Of a stretch of 64,000 nucleotides of DNA, positions 50,379-60,889 are shown one piece after another. The position numbers and the translations under genes were made by a program. This DNA is from Verrucomicrobiaceae bacterium. GTDB taxonomy: Bacteria > Verrucomicrobiota > Verrucomicrobiia > Verrucomicrobiales > Akkermansiaceae. Numbering within the stretch: the first letter of the stretch is position 1; each line of letters starts with the position of its first letter. The notes below the pieces were generated by a model. That model was given only the letters and a program-made list of their open reading frames with translations, searched no databases and was not told where the DNA came from. The stretch spans positions 128,001 through 192,000 of the forward strand of contig JBPOGH010000007.1 in NCBI GenBank assembly GCA_051252135.1. The letters run 5' to 3'.

Positions 50379-51710
50379 ATGAAACTCGCTCCGCATTGGC
50401 AGATTTTGATCTCGTTGGCCCTGGCGATTAGCCTGGGATTGTTTATCAGAGCCTTAGGTTGGACCGATACCGGGTTTGGAGCAGGAGTGGTGAGCCTATG
50501 CACCTTGCTCGGGAGTGTGTTCATGAGTCTGCTGAAGATGATCATTGTTCCTTTGGTTGTGTCGTCAGTGATTGCGGGGATTGCGAGTCTTCACGGGGTT
50601 CAAGGTTTTGGACGCCTTCTTGGAAAGACGGCGGGATTCTATGCTCTGACCAGTACGTTGGCGATTTGTCTGGGGCTTGCACTCGTGAACATTATCGAGC
50701 CGGGTCTCGTGAATGGTGAGGCTAATACGGAGATTCGGGATGCCTTCACCAGTCATGAAGCGAGCGAATCGGAACTCTCCAAAATTGATGCTGCCAAAGC
50801 GCAGAGTACCGAACAGGGAGGTTTTTTCGCCCAAATGAGCGGTTTTTTGCTTCGAATGATTCCAACCAACATTTTTGAAGCAGCTTCCAATAACGGACAA
50901 ATGTTGGGACTGATCTTCTTCAGTCTCTGTTTTGCATTGGCGCTGACCCGTTTGCCTTTGAAGAGCGTCGGGGGCCTTCGAGATGGATTTGTGGCATTCA
51001 ACGATGTGATGATCGTGATGACCAATGTGATCATGAAGTTGGCACCGATTGGGGTGTTTGGTTTGATCGTGCCCGTGGTGGTAGAGACGGGGGGCTCTTT
51101 GTTTGGAAATCTGGCGAAGTATTTTGTGACGGTTCTTTTGGCGTTAGGCATCCACATGTTCGTGATTATGCCGCTTGTCATCCGGGTTCTTGCCGGGGTG
51201 AATCCGCTCAATCATTTCAAGGCGATGCGGACGGCTTTGCTGACTGCGTTTTCGACGGCATCATCATCCGCGACACTTCCGGTAACGTTGCGTTGCATTC
51301 AAGAAAAAGCGGGCGTTTCAAAGCAGACGGCAAGTTTCACGCTGCCACTTGGAGCGACGGTGAATATGGACGGAACAGCCTTATACGAATGTGTTGCGGT
51401 GATATTTGTGGCCCAAGTGATGGGTGTGGATATGAGTATGACGGCTCAATTCATGGTGGTTGCGGCCGCGTTGCTGACCAGTATCGGGGTGGCGGGAATT
51501 CCATCGGCATCTTTGGTGGCGATCTTTATTATTCTTAAGAATTCCCACATCGACGGCGCGGAAACAGCAGTTGTTGCGCTGCTTGCGGTAGATCGCCTGC
51601 TTGATATGAGTCGCACGGCGGTGAATGTCTTTGGAGACAGTTGCGCAGCGATTGTGGTGGCCAAGAGCGAGGGTGAGGAGCTTTTCGCGGAGGGTTGGGA
51701 TAAGGAATAA
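50379..51710 (+). CDS. Dicarboxylate/amino acid:cation symporter (DAACS)
   Basis: LKMIIVPLV, AFSTASSSATLP, GATVNMDGTALY, DRLLDM.RTAVNVFGD. Confidence 0.95.
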   Translation: MKLAPHWQILISLALAISLGLFIRALGWTDTGFGAGVVSLCTLLGSVFMSLLKMIIVPLVVSSVIAGIASLHGVQGFGRLLGKTAGFYALTSTLAICLGLALVNIIEPGLVNGEANTEIRDAFTSHEASESELSKIDAAKAQSTEQGGFFAQMSGFLLRMIPTNIFEAASNNGQMLGLIFFSLCFALALTRLPLKSVGGLRDGFVAFNDVMIVMTNVIMKLAPIGVFGLIVPVVVETGGSLFGNLAKYFVTVLLALGIHMFVIMPLVIRVLAGVNPLNHFKAMRTALLTAFSTASSSATLPVTLRCIQEKAGVSKQTASFTLPLGATVNMDGTALYECVAVIFVAQVMGVDMSMTAQFMVVAAALLTSIGVAGIPSASLVAIFIILKNSHIDGAETAVVALLAVDRLLDMSRTAVNVFGDSCAAIVVAKSEGEELFAEGWDKE

Positions 51711-51742
51711 AAAAAGCACAGCTCCCGAAAGAGCTGTGCTTT
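51711..51742. terminator. Bidirectional intrinsic terminator
   Basis: AAAAAGCACAGCTC-CCGAAA-GAGCTGTGCTTT. Confidence 0.85.
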
Positions 51743-51759
51743 GTAAGAAGGGAGAGTTG

Positions 51760-54700
51760 TTAATTGTCCTCGATCCTGAAGAAGGCCCTGGTGTTCTCTC
51801 CGAGTGCTCCCGGAATGATGACTGCGGCCTCTCCATCCGAATCGGTGGAGAAGGACATTTCGGGCTCAAACGCGAAGAAGTCGTTATTGAGGGTAAGCGA
51901 CTTGGTGACCTTGTAGGAGCTGTTTGGTGCACCTTTGATCAGCATCAGGAAGTCTCCGTTGTTGTTGCGTGCCGTGGCCGTCACCCGAACGGCACCCAAG
52001 GGGTCGGCCGGTCCGGTCAGTTCGAAACCGTTGATAGCAAACAGCTGCCGGTGGACGGCGGTGTTTGAATACGGGGTGAACTCAAAGATGACATCGCTTG
52101 TGCCGTCGGCGGTGAAGTTGAATCTAACGGAAGAAGGAAGGGCTGCCGGGTCGATTGAGCCGGGGTTTTCCGCTCCCTGATAACGGACCGGAGCAACGGG
52201 ATTTCCTCCGCCAGTACTGTTCGTCATAGGGAAGGTACCATCTGCGTTTGGCCCTGTGACAGGGACAAAAGTTGTTCCACCATCAGTTGATACAGAAACG
52301 GCAAACGGAGCGTGAACGTTTTCCGTATCGTGGTGGAAGGAGAGCCAGCTGTAGTTGCCGGCGGGAAGACCTCCAAGCGCGATTCGCATCCGGGTAGGGG
52401 TTCCGGTGGTGCCATCATAATCGCCGAGTCCTCCGTTTCCGGTCCTGGTGTCGATTCCGAGCCAGTCGGAGAGAAGGTTGACGCGGTCACCGTGCCAATT
52501 GTCATTGTTACCCTCCCCACGGCCAATTGATTGCTGAACCCTGTTGTCAGAGGTGTCAGGCCAAGTGGGGGTGACGGTGATGGTCTTGCCGAAGGCGACG
52601 TAGCTGCCGGGAGTGAATTCTTCAGCAGCTTCATGGTTGGCATGATAGGACTGGTAGCCCAATTGGTTGAATGCTGCGGTCGATTCCTCGGGTTCGGCAC
52701 CGGCGGAATCGCCTCCGCCGGCCTGATTGGAGTTGAAGTCGATGAAGAGTTGGTTCGGCAGCGGCTGTGGATAAATGGCGATATTGTTGTCATCGATGTC
52801 ATTTACCTGGCTGTATCCATCAAGGTCTTGATCGGGGAAGGAGGCGAGATCGTTAAGAGCCGAACCGGCCAGGAATTCCCAAAAATCACTGAAGGTATCA
52901 CTGTCAGTATCGGCGAGCAGGGGATTGCTTGCGAGGTCATTGATTTCCTGCCCATCAAGCAATCCATCGTTGTCGGTATCCATGTCGAAGGGATCGGTTT
53001 TATGGGTGTTCACTTCGGCGCCATCCTTGAGGCCGTCGCCATCGGTGTCATCCAATTCAATGTTGGTTCCCAAGTAAAACTCTTCGATGTTGCTGAGATT
53101 ATCGTTGTCGATGTCTCCGCTAGCATCAGGAAAGTTAGGGTTGAGGCCGGTGATGGTGTTTTCCACGCTATCCGGAATAAGGTCTCCATCCGTGTCTGCA
53201 TCCGGATAGATTTCGAGTCCGTTGACGACGAAGAGGCTTTCCGCGACCACTTCGCCTCCTGCTCCATCGTCTCCTGCGAGGACAGAGTAGACGACCTCGA
53301 TCGGGGTCGAAGGTCCCGTTGATTCGATCAGAAAGTTGCTTGTCGAAGGAAGATCCCGTGGGGAAGCTCCGGCGGAAACGGCTGCGGTGGCGCTGGTCGT
53401 TCCCGATTTTTCAAAGATTACGGCATCAATATGATTGGCGTCTGTCAGGCGTAGCTGGAAATCTCCTGTGATATTCTGGGTATCATGATGATGGGAGATG
53501 TAGAGGTATTTGCCAGCGGGGAGTCCCGTGAGGGTGAATCGCATTTCAGTGCGGTCGGTGACTCCTCCGCCTCCGTTGGCGACGCGGGCATCAACTCCGA
53601 TCCAGTCCCGAATCATTCTAGAATTGGCTCCCTGATATTGAGTTCCACCGCGAGTGAGGAGTCTCTTGACGGTGCGGGGCCATGATCCGCCAGCGGGAAT
53701 GGGATAGTCCACAGCCAAGGTAACATCATTGCTACCGCCAAATGCAGTTGTGGGGAAAATGACAGATTTATCGGTTTCGCCGTCTGTTTGATCCGGCCCG
53801 ACATAGGGGAGGTAATCAGGATCATGGTCAGGGCCGCCGCCGGTTGAGCTGAAGTCGATCAACAGACCTGTGCTTGGGATTGAAAAACTGGAATTATCCG
53901 TTGGCGAAGTGCCCGCTGCGATTTCCTGATCATCAGTGAAGTAATCACCATCAGTATCAGCGAGAACAGGGGAGGTGCCGTGGATGTTGACTTCATCTCC
54001 GTCTGTCAAAGTGTCATCGTCAGTGTCGTCATCCTGAGGGTCGGTTTCGTCTCCGGAATCGATGGTGGCATCGTTTCCAAGATATTCCTGAAAATTGGTG
54101 AGTCCGTCATTGTCCGGATCACCGGCAGCACCATTGGGTCCGTCTTTGGCTCCAGCGGTGGATTCTCCAATAGTGCCATCATCATTGGGATCGAGCCCGT
54201 TGAGGGTTTCATAGAGATCGGGCATTCCATCGCCATCCGTGTCTCCGGTTACCGCCAGTTCGAGTCCGTTCAGGGCGAAGATCTGTTTGTGGACAGCGGT
54301 AGTCGAGTAAGGGGTATATCTGAGGACAACATCATCTCCCGTCGCAGTGAAAATGAAGGTGACGGTGGAGGGGAGGTCTCTGGGGTCTCCGGAAGAAGGG
54401 TTGGCGATGCCGTTTTGAGGATTGGGATCGACAGGGTTGCCGGTGCCGGTCGAGCTTGTCATTGAGAAGGTCTGATTGGCATTTGGACCGGAGATTACGG
54501 AAAAAGTCGCGCCTTCATCCGTCGAAACCTCCACGAGGAAGTCAGTATGAACGTTTTCAGTATCGTGGTGGTAAGAAGTGAGGGAATATTCATTGGCAGG
54601 AATTCCCGAGAGGGTGACGAGCATGGTGGTTGCTGTACCGGTAGTGCCATCGAAATCGCCATTTCCACCTTGGCTGGTGCGAGTGTCGATTCCGATAAAG

Positions 54701-55029
54701 TCGGTGATTAAATCGAGCTTAGAACCGCCCCAGTTGTTGTCATTTCCAGCAGCACGATCGATCATTTGCATGACCGTGTTGGCGGTGGAGTCCGGCCAAG
54801 AGGGGGTGATGGAGATCGATGAGCCCAAGGCGCTGAAGGATTGTGTGATGAAGTCAGTTTCCACTTCGTGCCCTGCGTTATACGCCTGATAGTTGAGCTC
54901 ATTATGTGGACCTCCATCCTGAGTGGTTGAGTTGAAATCGACCAAGAGTGCCTGGCCGGAGCCAACCGAGGTTAGCGCGGTGGTGAGTAGAAAACTCAGC
55001 GTGTGTTTGGGGAATTGAAGTCGCCTCAT
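51760..55029 (-). CDS. Large secreted protein: three repeats of an unassigned domain separated by acidic Ca-binding (TSP3-like) repeats
   Basis: Signal peptide; three L..DF.S...HHDT.N...NG.E units; DTDGDG..D..E repeats; C-terminal RAFFRI. Confidence 0.8.
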   Translation of the reverse strand: MRRLQFPKHTLSFLLTTALTSVGSGQALLVDFNSTTQDGGPHNELNYQAYNAGHEVETDFITQSFSALGSSISITPSWPDSTANTVMQMIDRAAGNDNNWGGSKLDLITDFIGIDTRTSQGGNGDFDGTTGTATTMLVTLSGIPANEYSLTSYHHDTENVHTDFLVEVSTDEGATFSVISGPNANQTFSMTSSTGTGNPVDPNPQNGIANPSSGDPRDLPSTVTFIFTATGDDVVLRYTPYSTTAVHKQIFALNGLELAVTGDTDGDGMPDLYETLNGLDPNDDGTIGESTAGAKDGPNGAAGDPDNDGLTNFQEYLGNDATIDSGDETDPQDDDTDDDTLTDGDEVNIHGTSPVLADTDGDYFTDDQEIAAGTSPTDNSSFSIPSTGLLIDFSSTGGGPDHDPDYLPYVGPDQTDGETDKSVIFPTTAFGGSNDVTLAVDYPIPAGGSWPRTVKRLLTRGGTQYQGANSRMIRDWIGVDARVANGGGGVTDRTEMRFTLTGLPAGKYLYISHHHDTQNITGDFQLRLTDANHIDAVIFEKSGTTSATAAVSAGASPRDLPSTSNFLIESTGPSTPIEVVYSVLAGDDGAGGEVVAESLFVVNGLEIYPDADTDGDLIPDSVENTITGLNPNFPDASGDIDNDNLSNIEEFYLGTNIELDDTDGDGLKDGAEVNTHKTDPFDMDTDNDGLLDGQEINDLASNPLLADTDSDTFSDFWEFLAGSALNDLASFPDQDLDGYSQVNDIDDNNIAIYPQPLPNQLFIDFNSNQAGGGDSAGAEPEESTAAFNQLGYQSYHANHEAAEEFTPGSYVAFGKTITVTPTWPDTSDNRVQQSIGRGEGNNDNWHGDRVNLLSDWLGIDTRTGNGGLGDYDGTTGTPTRMRIALGGLPAGNYSWLSFHHDTENVHAPFAVSVSTDGGTTFVPVTGPNADGTFPMTNSTGGGNPVAPVRYQGAENPGSIDPAALPSSVRFNFTADGTSDVIFEFTPYSNTAVHRQLFAINGFELTGPADPLGAVRVTATARNNNGDFLMLIKGAPNSSYKVTKSLTLNNDFFAFEPEMSFSTDSDGEAAVIIPGALGENTRAFFRIEDN

Positions 55030-55183
55030 AGTTGTGTGTATTACAACTAGCACGCTAGGGAGATGATTCTTCTACGACAAGGAAAAGAGCCGATAAAGAC
55101 GGCTTGGTCTTAGCCTCCGAATTGTCCAACCAAGTGGGACTGTGGGAGGAGAGGTCTGACTCAGAGGTGAGGGGTTGCCACCG

Positions 55184-56626
55184 CTAACCAGGCAGCAGCC
55201 ACAGGATTGGCTGGGGGAAAATGCCCAGGATAATCACCAGAGCAGTGAGTGTCGCAATGACATAGAAAGAGAGAGGGCGAACGTTGATTGGCGAGGAATC
55301 CAGAGACTTTCTCCAATACATCGCACGGACGATCTTGAAGTAGTAATAGAATCCTGCGGCAGCGCCGACAAACCCGAGAATTACGGGGAGCCAGAGGTTG
55401 GCGGAAATAGCCGCCTGAAATGCGAAGAATTTTCCAAGGAATCCGGCAGTGAGCGGGAGTCCTGCGAGGGCACCTACGACAATGGTGGTGAGAAAGGCGA
55501 GGGCGGGATTTCTGGAGCCGAGACCTTCAAAGGCTGCGATTTCATCAGAACCGCTATCACGATGGACGGCGGCGAGAATGAAGAAGGCGGCGAAGGTCAT
55601 GATGAAGTAGACGGCGAGATAGAAGCCGGTGACTTGCGGTGCGCTCAAATCTTTGGTGCCATTCCAGGAGGCGATGGCCATGAGGATGAAGCCGGCATTG
55701 GCGATGGAAGAATAAGCGAGGAGGCGCTTAAAGTTGGTTTGTGGAATCGCGGCGAGGTTTCCGAGGAGGATGGTAGCGCCGGCGAGAACCGAGACGATGA
55801 AAGTGGTCTTGGCGGCAGTGAACTCGTTGGCAAAGAAGGGCTCGAGAACACGGAGGGCCACGGCGAATCCGGAAGCTTTCGAGGCAACGGAAAGAAAGGC
55901 AGTGGTTGGCGTGGGAGCGCCCTGGTAGACGTCGGGAATCCAGAGGTGCATGGGGACAGCACCGACCTTGAAAGCGAGAGAGATCAGGATCAGAGCGAGA
56001 CCAAAGAGGAGGAAGGTGGAATTTGCGGCGTTTCCTCCGGTCGCGATGGCGTCAAGGGAAGTGGTTCCGACGGCTCCGTAAATCCAGGCGATTCCGTAAA
56101 CGAGGAATCCGGTTGAAAGGGCTCCGAGGATGAGGAATTTTACTCCAGCTTCAAGGGAGCCCACATTGCGGCGCATGTAGGCGACGAGGATGTAGAGGGT
56201 GATGGTAGTGAGTTCGAGAGAAACGAAGAGAGAGACGAGATCCTTGGCCGAAGCCATCCACATCATTCCAGCAACGGCGAAGAGGATGAGGCAGTAGTAT
56301 TCACCGGTGGTGTCTTCGGAATCGGGGTTTGCCGTGAATTTTGCGAGAATCTTGCGATAGTCCAAGCTCAGGAGAAGGGTGAAGATACCGGCCAGAAGAG
56401 CGAAGCCTTTAAAGAACTTGGCCTGGCCATCAAAGGCGTAGAATCGAGCCATCTCATCGTTGTTTTCGGGTGGGTGCGCGGTGAAGAGGAGCACGAGGGC
56501 GAAAACAAGTGCTCCAATTCCGAGGCAATTGATGAGGAATTTTTCGGTGCGGGGAAGGAAGGCCTCCAGCATGAGGAGGACGATCCCGGCGAGGACGACG
56601 TAGGCTTCTAACCAGTGAGCGGGCAT
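55184..56626 (-). CDS. nuoN: NADH-quinone oxidoreductase subunit N
   Basis: EAGVKF..LG, FKVGAVP.H.W.PDVYQGAP, KRLLAYSSI. Confidence 0.95.
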   Translation of the reverse strand: MPAHWLEAYVVLAGIVLLMLEAFLPRTEKFLINCLGIGALVFALVLLFTAHPPENNDEMARFYAFDGQAKFFKGFALLAGIFTLLLSLDYRKILAKFTANPDSEDTTGEYYCLILFAVAGMMWMASAKDLVSLFVSLELTTITLYILVAYMRRNVGSLEAGVKFLILGALSTGFLVYGIAWIYGAVGTTSLDAIATGGNAANSTFLLFGLALILISLAFKVGAVPMHLWIPDVYQGAPTPTTAFLSVASKASGFAVALRVLEPFFANEFTAAKTTFIVSVLAGATILLGNLAAIPQTNFKRLLAYSSIANAGFILMAIASWNGTKDLSAPQVTGFYLAVYFIMTFAAFFILAAVHRDSGSDEIAAFEGLGSRNPALAFLTTIVVGALAGLPLTAGFLGKFFAFQAAISANLWLPVILGFVGAAAGFYYYFKIVRAMYWRKSLDSSPINVRPLSFYVIATLTALVIILGIFPQPILWLLPG

Positions 56627-56660
56627 GGGAATGAGAAGTCGAAAGGATTAACGGAAGAGA

Positions 56661-58136
56661 TTAGTTGTCGGCTTGTTCGGTGCAGCATTGCACGCCACAT
56701 CCATCGAGGAACTGGAGCAGGCTGTTGGGATAGAGGCCGACGACGAGAAGGGCGACTGCGAGGATGATGGCGGGTGCCTTTTCCATGCAGGTGAGATCGG
56801 AGGCTTCCTTGGTGCAGTCGACTGCAGGTCCCTGGAAGGTTTTACGGAAAGCGCGGAGCATGTAGACGGCGCTGATGACGACACCCCAGAGGGCGAGGAT
56901 GGTGGCGACCTGAACACAACCGAGTTCTCCGCCATCGTAGCTCTTAAAGCCGGAGAGGAAGACGAGAACTTCGCCGGAGAAGTTGGCGAGGCCGGGGAGG
57001 CCGATGGATGCCATGCCGGCAAGTCCGAAGAGGAAGGCGAGACGGGGGGCTGATTTTGCGAGACCTCCGAGGTCGGCAAGTTCAAGAGTGCCGGTGCGCT
57101 GGTTGATTTTGTCGGAAAGGGCAAAGAGGAGAGCGATGCTGATACCGTGGGCGAACATCAGGGTGACGGCAGCAGGGATCGCGATGGGGTTTGCGGCGGC
57201 GCTTCCGGCTTCGATGAGAGCGGCGAAGGCGAGGAAGATGTATCCCATGTGCATCACGGAAGAATTACCGAGGAGGGAATCGACGCGCTTTTGATTAAGG
57301 GTGACGAAGCCAACCCAGAGAATGTTTCCAAGGAGGGCGACGATGATCCAGCCCAGCCAATCCTGCATTCCTTCGGGAACCATGGGGAAGAGGCGGATGA
57401 GACCGTAGAGGCCGAATTTCTTAAGGACGCCCGAGTGCAGCATGGCAACCGGAGTGGGTGCGGCGGCGTAGGCGGGAGCGGCCCAAGAGTGGAAGGGGAA
57501 GAGAGAGACGAGCGTGCCGAAACCGATCAGGAGGAGAGCGGCGATGCCGGTCTGTGCGTCGGCGGGAACTTCAGAAGCGAGGAGGTCGCTGAAGAGCCAA
57601 CTTTCGGACCCGGAGGCACTGACAAGCCAGATGAGTCCGGCGAGGAGAACGATGGAGCCGAGAGCAAGGTAGATGGTGATTTTCCAGGCGGCTTCCTTCC
57701 GTTCGCCTTTGCCCAGAATTCCAATCATGAGGAAGGTGGGGATGAGGGCGAGCTCGTGGAAGGCGTAGAAGAAAAAGAGGTCGGTCGAGAGGAAGGCTCC
57801 GATCGCTCCGGCTCCGATGAGGAGGCTGGATGCATACCAGAGTTTTTCGCGTCCTTCGGGTGCTCCGCCATGGAGAACGGCGGAGAAGAGGACGATGACG
57901 CTCAGGAGGAGCATGATGAGGCTCATGCCATCGTAGAACCCCAGGGCGAGGTGAATCTTGGGAGTGGCAAGGACCTGCAGGGACATTGACCAGACGTCGG
58001 ATTGCCAGCAAAAGAGGCAACCGATGCCGAGGAAAAGGGTGAGGCCCGAGGCAATAAGCGCGGTGAGGCGGGCCTTGACGCCACAAAAGATGGCGATGGC
58101 AGCGAGGAGAGGGATGAGAACGAAAAGAACACTCAT
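56661..58136 (-). CDS. nuoM: NADH-quinone oxidoreductase subunit M
   Basis: FFYAFHE..LIP, PFHSW, LKKFGLYG, GLPGLANF.GE; operon position. Confidence 0.93.
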   Translation of the reverse strand: MSVLFVLIPLLAAIAIFCGVKARLTALIASGLTLFLGIGCLFCWQSDVWSMSLQVLATPKIHLALGFYDGMSLIMLLLSVIVLFSAVLHGGAPEGREKLWYASSLLIGAGAIGAFLSTDLFFFYAFHELALIPTFLMIGILGKGERKEAAWKITIYLALGSIVLLAGLIWLVSASGSESWLFSDLLASEVPADAQTGIAALLLIGFGTLVSLFPFHSWAAPAYAAAPTPVAMLHSGVLKKFGLYGLIRLFPMVPEGMQDWLGWIIVALLGNILWVGFVTLNQKRVDSLLGNSSVMHMGYIFLAFAALIEAGSAAANPIAIPAAVTLMFAHGISIALLFALSDKINQRTGTLELADLGGLAKSAPRLAFLFGLAGMASIGLPGLANFSGEVLVFLSGFKSYDGGELGCVQVATILALWGVVISAVYMLRAFRKTFQGPAVDCTKEASDLTCMEKAPAIILAVALLVVGLYPNSLLQFLDGCGVQCCTEQADN

Positions 58137-59953
58137 GAGACGAAGACCGTGAGATAGATAACAAGAATGACTCCGAGGGCGAAGAGGCCGGCGTAGCCCT
58201 GAAGATTACCCGATTGCATGCGGGTGAAGATGCGACCGATGCCGCCAGCGGCACGGGAAAGACCTCCGACGAGGAGACCGCCGATGACGAGTTCATCGAT
58301 AAAGTGGACGATGGCGGCGAAAGTATCCTGCGCGTATTTTACGAGCTTGGCGTAAAACTCATCGACGTAGAACTTATTGCGGAAGACCTTGGCGATGCTG
58401 TTGTTGGCAAGGGGGTCGGTTTCGGCGTTGAAGTAGAGTTTCCACGCGAAGAAGGCTCCGATGATGAAGGCGCCGATTGAGGCGAAGAGTGCGGGTCCGA
58501 TATGGAAGTGGAATGCCTTGTGAAGAGGGGAAAGGCTGCCGGCGAGGAAGTTCCAACCGGAAAGGAGGGCCATGACTGCCAGAACGATCAGTGGTAACAG
58601 CATGAGCGGACCGACCTCTTTGGCGTGATCGGCGTTGTCGCTTCGCTTCTTGCCGAGGAAGGCGATGAAGAAGAGGCGGAACATGTAGAAGGTCGTGAGA
58701 CAGGCCACCAAGGTGGTGATGATGAAGAGTGGTGTGCTGGTGTGCAGGGCGGCCTCGAGGATCATCTCCTTGGAGAAGAAACCGGCGGTGAGAGGGAATC
58801 CGCAAAGGGCGAGGGTGCCGATCAGGAAGGTGAGAGTGGTGATGGGCATCTTGCCCTTGAGGCCACCCATTTTCCAAATGTCCTGTTCGTGGTGGCAGGC
58901 GTAGATGACGGCGCCGGAGCCGAGGAAGAGGAGAGCCTTGAACCAGGCGTGGGTGAAGAGGTGGAACATGCCGGCTTCGGGATTAAGAAGGCCGACGGCC
59001 ATCACCATGTAACCGAGCTGGGAAAGAGTGGAGTAGGCGAGGACCTTTTTAATATCGTCCTGCTGGGTGGCCATGAGGGCGGCGAGGAGAGAGGTGATGC
59101 CTCCGACCCAAGCAACCGTGTTAACACCCCAGAGTTGGCCGATGAGGTCGGTGCCGAGCGTGGTGTAAAGGCGGGCCATCATGAAGACGCCGGCGGCGAC
59201 CATGGTGGCGGCGTGGATGAGGGCGGAAACAGGAGTGGGGCCTTCCATGGCGTCCGGAAGCCAGACGTGGAGAGGAGCTTGGGCTGATTTACCCATGGCA
59301 CCGGCAAAGATGCAGAGAACGGCAGTGCCGAGGAAGAAGGTGGAATACTCGGGTGAGGTGGCGACCCATGCCTCGAGTCCTTCGAAGGTGAAGGTGCCGG
59401 CGATGCCCCAGAGCATGAGGATACCGATCATGAAGCCGAAGTCGCCCACGCGGTTGGTGAGGAAGGCTTTCTTCGCGGCGTCGGCAGCGGAGTCCTTTTC
59501 ATACCAGTGTCCGATGAGGAGGTAGGAGCTGAGTCCGACAAGCTCCCAGAAGATGAACATCATGATGAAGTTCGAAGCGAGCACGATGCCGGTCATGGAG
59601 AACATGAAGAGCGAGAGGCCGCAGAAGTAGCGGGCTTTCGCCGAGTCATCCTTCATGTAGGCGAGGGAGAAGAGGTGAACGAGGAATCCGACGCCCGTGA
59701 CGACGATCATCATGTTCTTGGCAAAGGAGTCGAGTTGCAGACCAATCTCAAGAGTGAGTCCGGGAACGGAAGCCCATTGGAAGGAAGGGCTGCTGTCGGG
59801 AGACTTTAAGATGATCAGGGCGATCACCAGGATGGCTCCGGCGATTGCGGTGGAGACATAGGAAGAGACGGTCTGAAGACGTTTCAGGCCGAGGTGAATA
59901 ACGGCTGCCGAAAGAAGCGGCAGACCGAGGAGAAGCCAAGCAAGTGAATCCAT
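58133..59953 (-). CDS. nuoL: NADH-quinone oxidoreductase subunit L
   Basis: WELVGLSSYLLIG, KSAQ.PLHVWLPDAMEGPTPVSALIHAATMV. Confidence 0.97.
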   Translation of the reverse strand: MDSLAWLLLGLPLLSAAVIHLGLKRLQTVSSYVSTAIAGAILVIALIILKSPDSSPSFQWASVPGLTLEIGLQLDSFAKNMMIVVTGVGFLVHLFSLAYMKDDSAKARYFCGLSLFMFSMTGIVLASNFIMMFIFWELVGLSSYLLIGHWYEKDSAADAAKKAFLTNRVGDFGFMIGILMLWGIAGTFTFEGLEAWVATSPEYSTFFLGTAVLCIFAGAMGKSAQAPLHVWLPDAMEGPTPVSALIHAATMVAAGVFMMARLYTTLGTDLIGQLWGVNTVAWVGGITSLLAALMATQQDDIKKVLAYSTLSQLGYMVMAVGLLNPEAGMFHLFTHAWFKALLFLGSGAVIYACHHEQDIWKMGGLKGKMPITTLTFLIGTLALCGFPLTAGFFSKEMILEAALHTSTPLFIITTLVACLTTFYMFRLFFIAFLGKKRSDNADHAKEVGPLMLLPLIVLAVMALLSGWNFLAGSLSPLHKAFHFHIGPALFASIGAFIIGAFFAWKLYFNAETDPLANNSIAKVFRNKFYVDEFYAKLVKYAQDTFAAIVHFIDELVIGGLLVGGLSRAAGGIGRIFTRMQSGNLQGYAGLFALGVILVIYLTVFVS

Positions 59954-59965
59954 GGTTCGAAAGAG

Positions 59966-60286
59966 TTAGCCGCGCATTGTGGTGAGGTCCTCGACGTTGA
60001 TGGTCTGTCGAGCACGGTAGAGGGCGACGATGATCGCGAGTCCAACGGCGACTTCGGCCGCCGCCACGGTGATGATAAAGAAGACGAGCACCTGACCATC
60101 GAAGTCAGGAAGGCCGTTTTCGGTGACGTGGAAGCGAGAGAAGGCAACCAAGGTGATGTTGGCGGCGGCGAGCATCATCTCGAGACACATGAAAATGACG
60201 ATGATGTTACGCCGGATCATGACACCGGCGAGGCCGATGGCGAAGAGGAGTCCGGAGACAAAGAGGAAATCGTTGAGCGAAGCCAT
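59966..60286 (-). CDS. nuoK: NADH-quinone oxidoreductase subunit K
   Basis: RRNII..MCLE.ML, VAAAEVAVGLA. Confidence 0.96.
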   Translation of the reverse strand: MASLNDFLFVSGLLFAIGLAGVMIRRNIIVIFMCLEMMLAAANITLVAFSRFHVTENGLPDFDGQVLVFFIITVAAAEVAVGLAIIVALYRARQTINVEDLTTMRG

Positions 60287-60292
60287 CAGGAG

Positions 60293-60886
60293 TTATGATT
60301 TGGTGCTTTTTGAACTGCGCTTGGAAAGGACGACGACACCGACGGTGGCGACGAGGAGAAGGACACCCATCACTTGAAGCGGGAAGTTGTAGTGACGGAA
60401 AAGAGTCATGCCGATGAGGTTGGTATCGGGGAGTTGGGGTGTCTTTTCGTGAGTGAGGGACTTGATGATTTCGGTCTGCCCTTCGAGCTCCGGGCTTTCG
60501 GCTGCTGCGGCGAGGACGGCGGGATTGATTTCGCTGAATGCGTCATTGACGGGGCCTTTTTGAATCACTCCAAGGACCTGGAAGACCAGGAGGAGGGGGA
60601 GGAGGATGCCGGCGATGACGGAAGGGGTTTTGAACTTCGCCTTGGTCTCTTCCGAAAGATCGAGAAGCATGATGATGAAAACGAAGAGCACCATGATGGC
60701 GCCTGCGTAGACGAGAATCTGGACGATTCCGACGAAGAAGGCATTGAGTCCGATGAAGAGGCCCGCCATTCCGACAAAAGAAAGCACCATGGAAAGGGCG
60801 CTGGAGACCGGATTGCGAAAACTCACCAGAAGCACCGCGCCAATGACGGCGAGGAAGCTGAAGAGATAAAAGAGAACGGAGTGCAT
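60293..60886 (-). CDS. nuoJ: NADH-quinone oxidoreductase subunit J
   Basis: NPVSSAL, QILVYAGAIMVLFVF.IMLL. Confidence 0.95.
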   Translation of the reverse strand: MHSVLFYLFSFLAVIGAVLLVSFRNPVSSALSMVLSFVGMAGLFIGLNAFFVGIVQILVYAGAIMVLFVFIIMLLDLSEETKAKFKTPSVIAGILLPLLLVFQVLGVIQKGPVNDAFSEINPAVLAAAAESPELEGQTEIIKSLTHEKTPQLPDTNLIGMTLFRHYNFPLQVMGVLLLVATVGVVVLSKRSSKSTKS

Positions 60887-60889
60887 GGT

